Source of the DNA: Puccinia triticina
Lineage: Eukaryota
Direction: 5' to 3'
DNA length: 64,000 nucleotides
Assembly (NCBI GenBank): GCA_026914245.1
Contig: CP110439.1
Span: 8,680,001 to 8,744,000 of the forward strand
This document shows, piece by piece, positions 63,350 through 64,000 of this stretch (within the stretch, counting starts at the first letter, position 1; every line of letters begins with the position of its first letter). The notes below the pieces were generated by a model. The model searched no databases, was not told the DNA's origin, and saw only the letters and a program-made list of their open reading frames with translations. A program made the position numbers and the translations under genes.

Positions 63350-64000
63350 TGTCGTAAATTTCTAATGTGGAGGTCTGGAGACAGATAACAGTACTGGAGG
63401 TATAGGGGGAGTTGATAATCATGAGGGGTTTGATCATCGGTGGACCATTCCTATTTAAGTTATTTTGGTGGGACCTCATGTTCCAAAACCCCACATACCA
63501 CCACAATTTCTGCAACCAATAGCTGCTTTACCCCTTTCAACTCTTTAATCAAGGGGAGAAGATTTACAGAAGGGAGTCCCACCACATATCCAAATAAATT
63601 ACCACAGGGATGTTTAGACTTTGGGGTTTCCAATCAATAAATATTTGTGGCACACGTCGAGATGTCTAAGGGACACCAGCAGAAATAAGAAAAGGGCTTC
63701 TGTTTAGTTTTTTGGGGATGTTTGGTTGTGCCGTACATAATGAATAACTATACGCAAAACCCCAAAAGCAATATGTAGGTGTTATGTATGCAGAAGCACA
63801 AAGGAAATGATCACCATGTGATGCAGCATTGTTTGTGAGGCTTTATGTTTGAGAAAATGATTCACAAATGAAGTGCTTACACCACATTGAACTACGATAG
63901 GCCTTTGTCCAAAATGAATTTGACCGGTATCTCCACTCCTGTATAATTTTTATGTAAACTATAAGGGCCAAACACATCAATTCACCACGTATTTCTGCCC

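Larger units (their letters stand above)
45985..64000. mobile_element. Probable giant CACTA/EnSpm-type element with multiple cargo genes; right end not in window
   Basis: Gypsy gag breaks off at CACCAGGGATG (45985), the same CACCAGG terminus as the 3-bp-TSD MITE at 19864. Tnp2-like transposase at 52188-55555. Several flanking genes carry similar in-frame TGA stops. Confidence 0.65.

Overview
Eukaryotic, intron-rich, transposon-dominated DNA. It is most likely from a rust fungus (Pucciniales, Puccinia-like); this is inferred from gene structure and TE types, not from a database match. Host-type genes: a coiled-coil protein (5.1-7.5 kb), a divergent importin-beta3/Kap121-like karyopherin (9.0-13.5 kb), a candidate secreted protein (22.0-23.9 kb) and a ZUP1/Mug105-like C78 peptidase pseudogene split by a Copia element. 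Mobile DNA: three full-length hAT elements with resolved TIRs/TSDs, one hAT fragment, a young Ty1/copia element, a chromodomain Gypsy element, and several MITE/foldback elements. The most notable feature is a probable giant (>18 kb, open-ended) CACTA/EnSpm-type element starting at 45985 inside the Gypsy gag. It carries a Tnp2-type transposase, a RING-less SNF2 helicase, two divergent paralogues of an unknown family, a putative OB-fold protein, other orphan genes, and two identical, CpG-intact 36-bp perfect palindromes bracketing the transposase module. All coordinates and alignments were read by eye, and exon boundaries are approximate.
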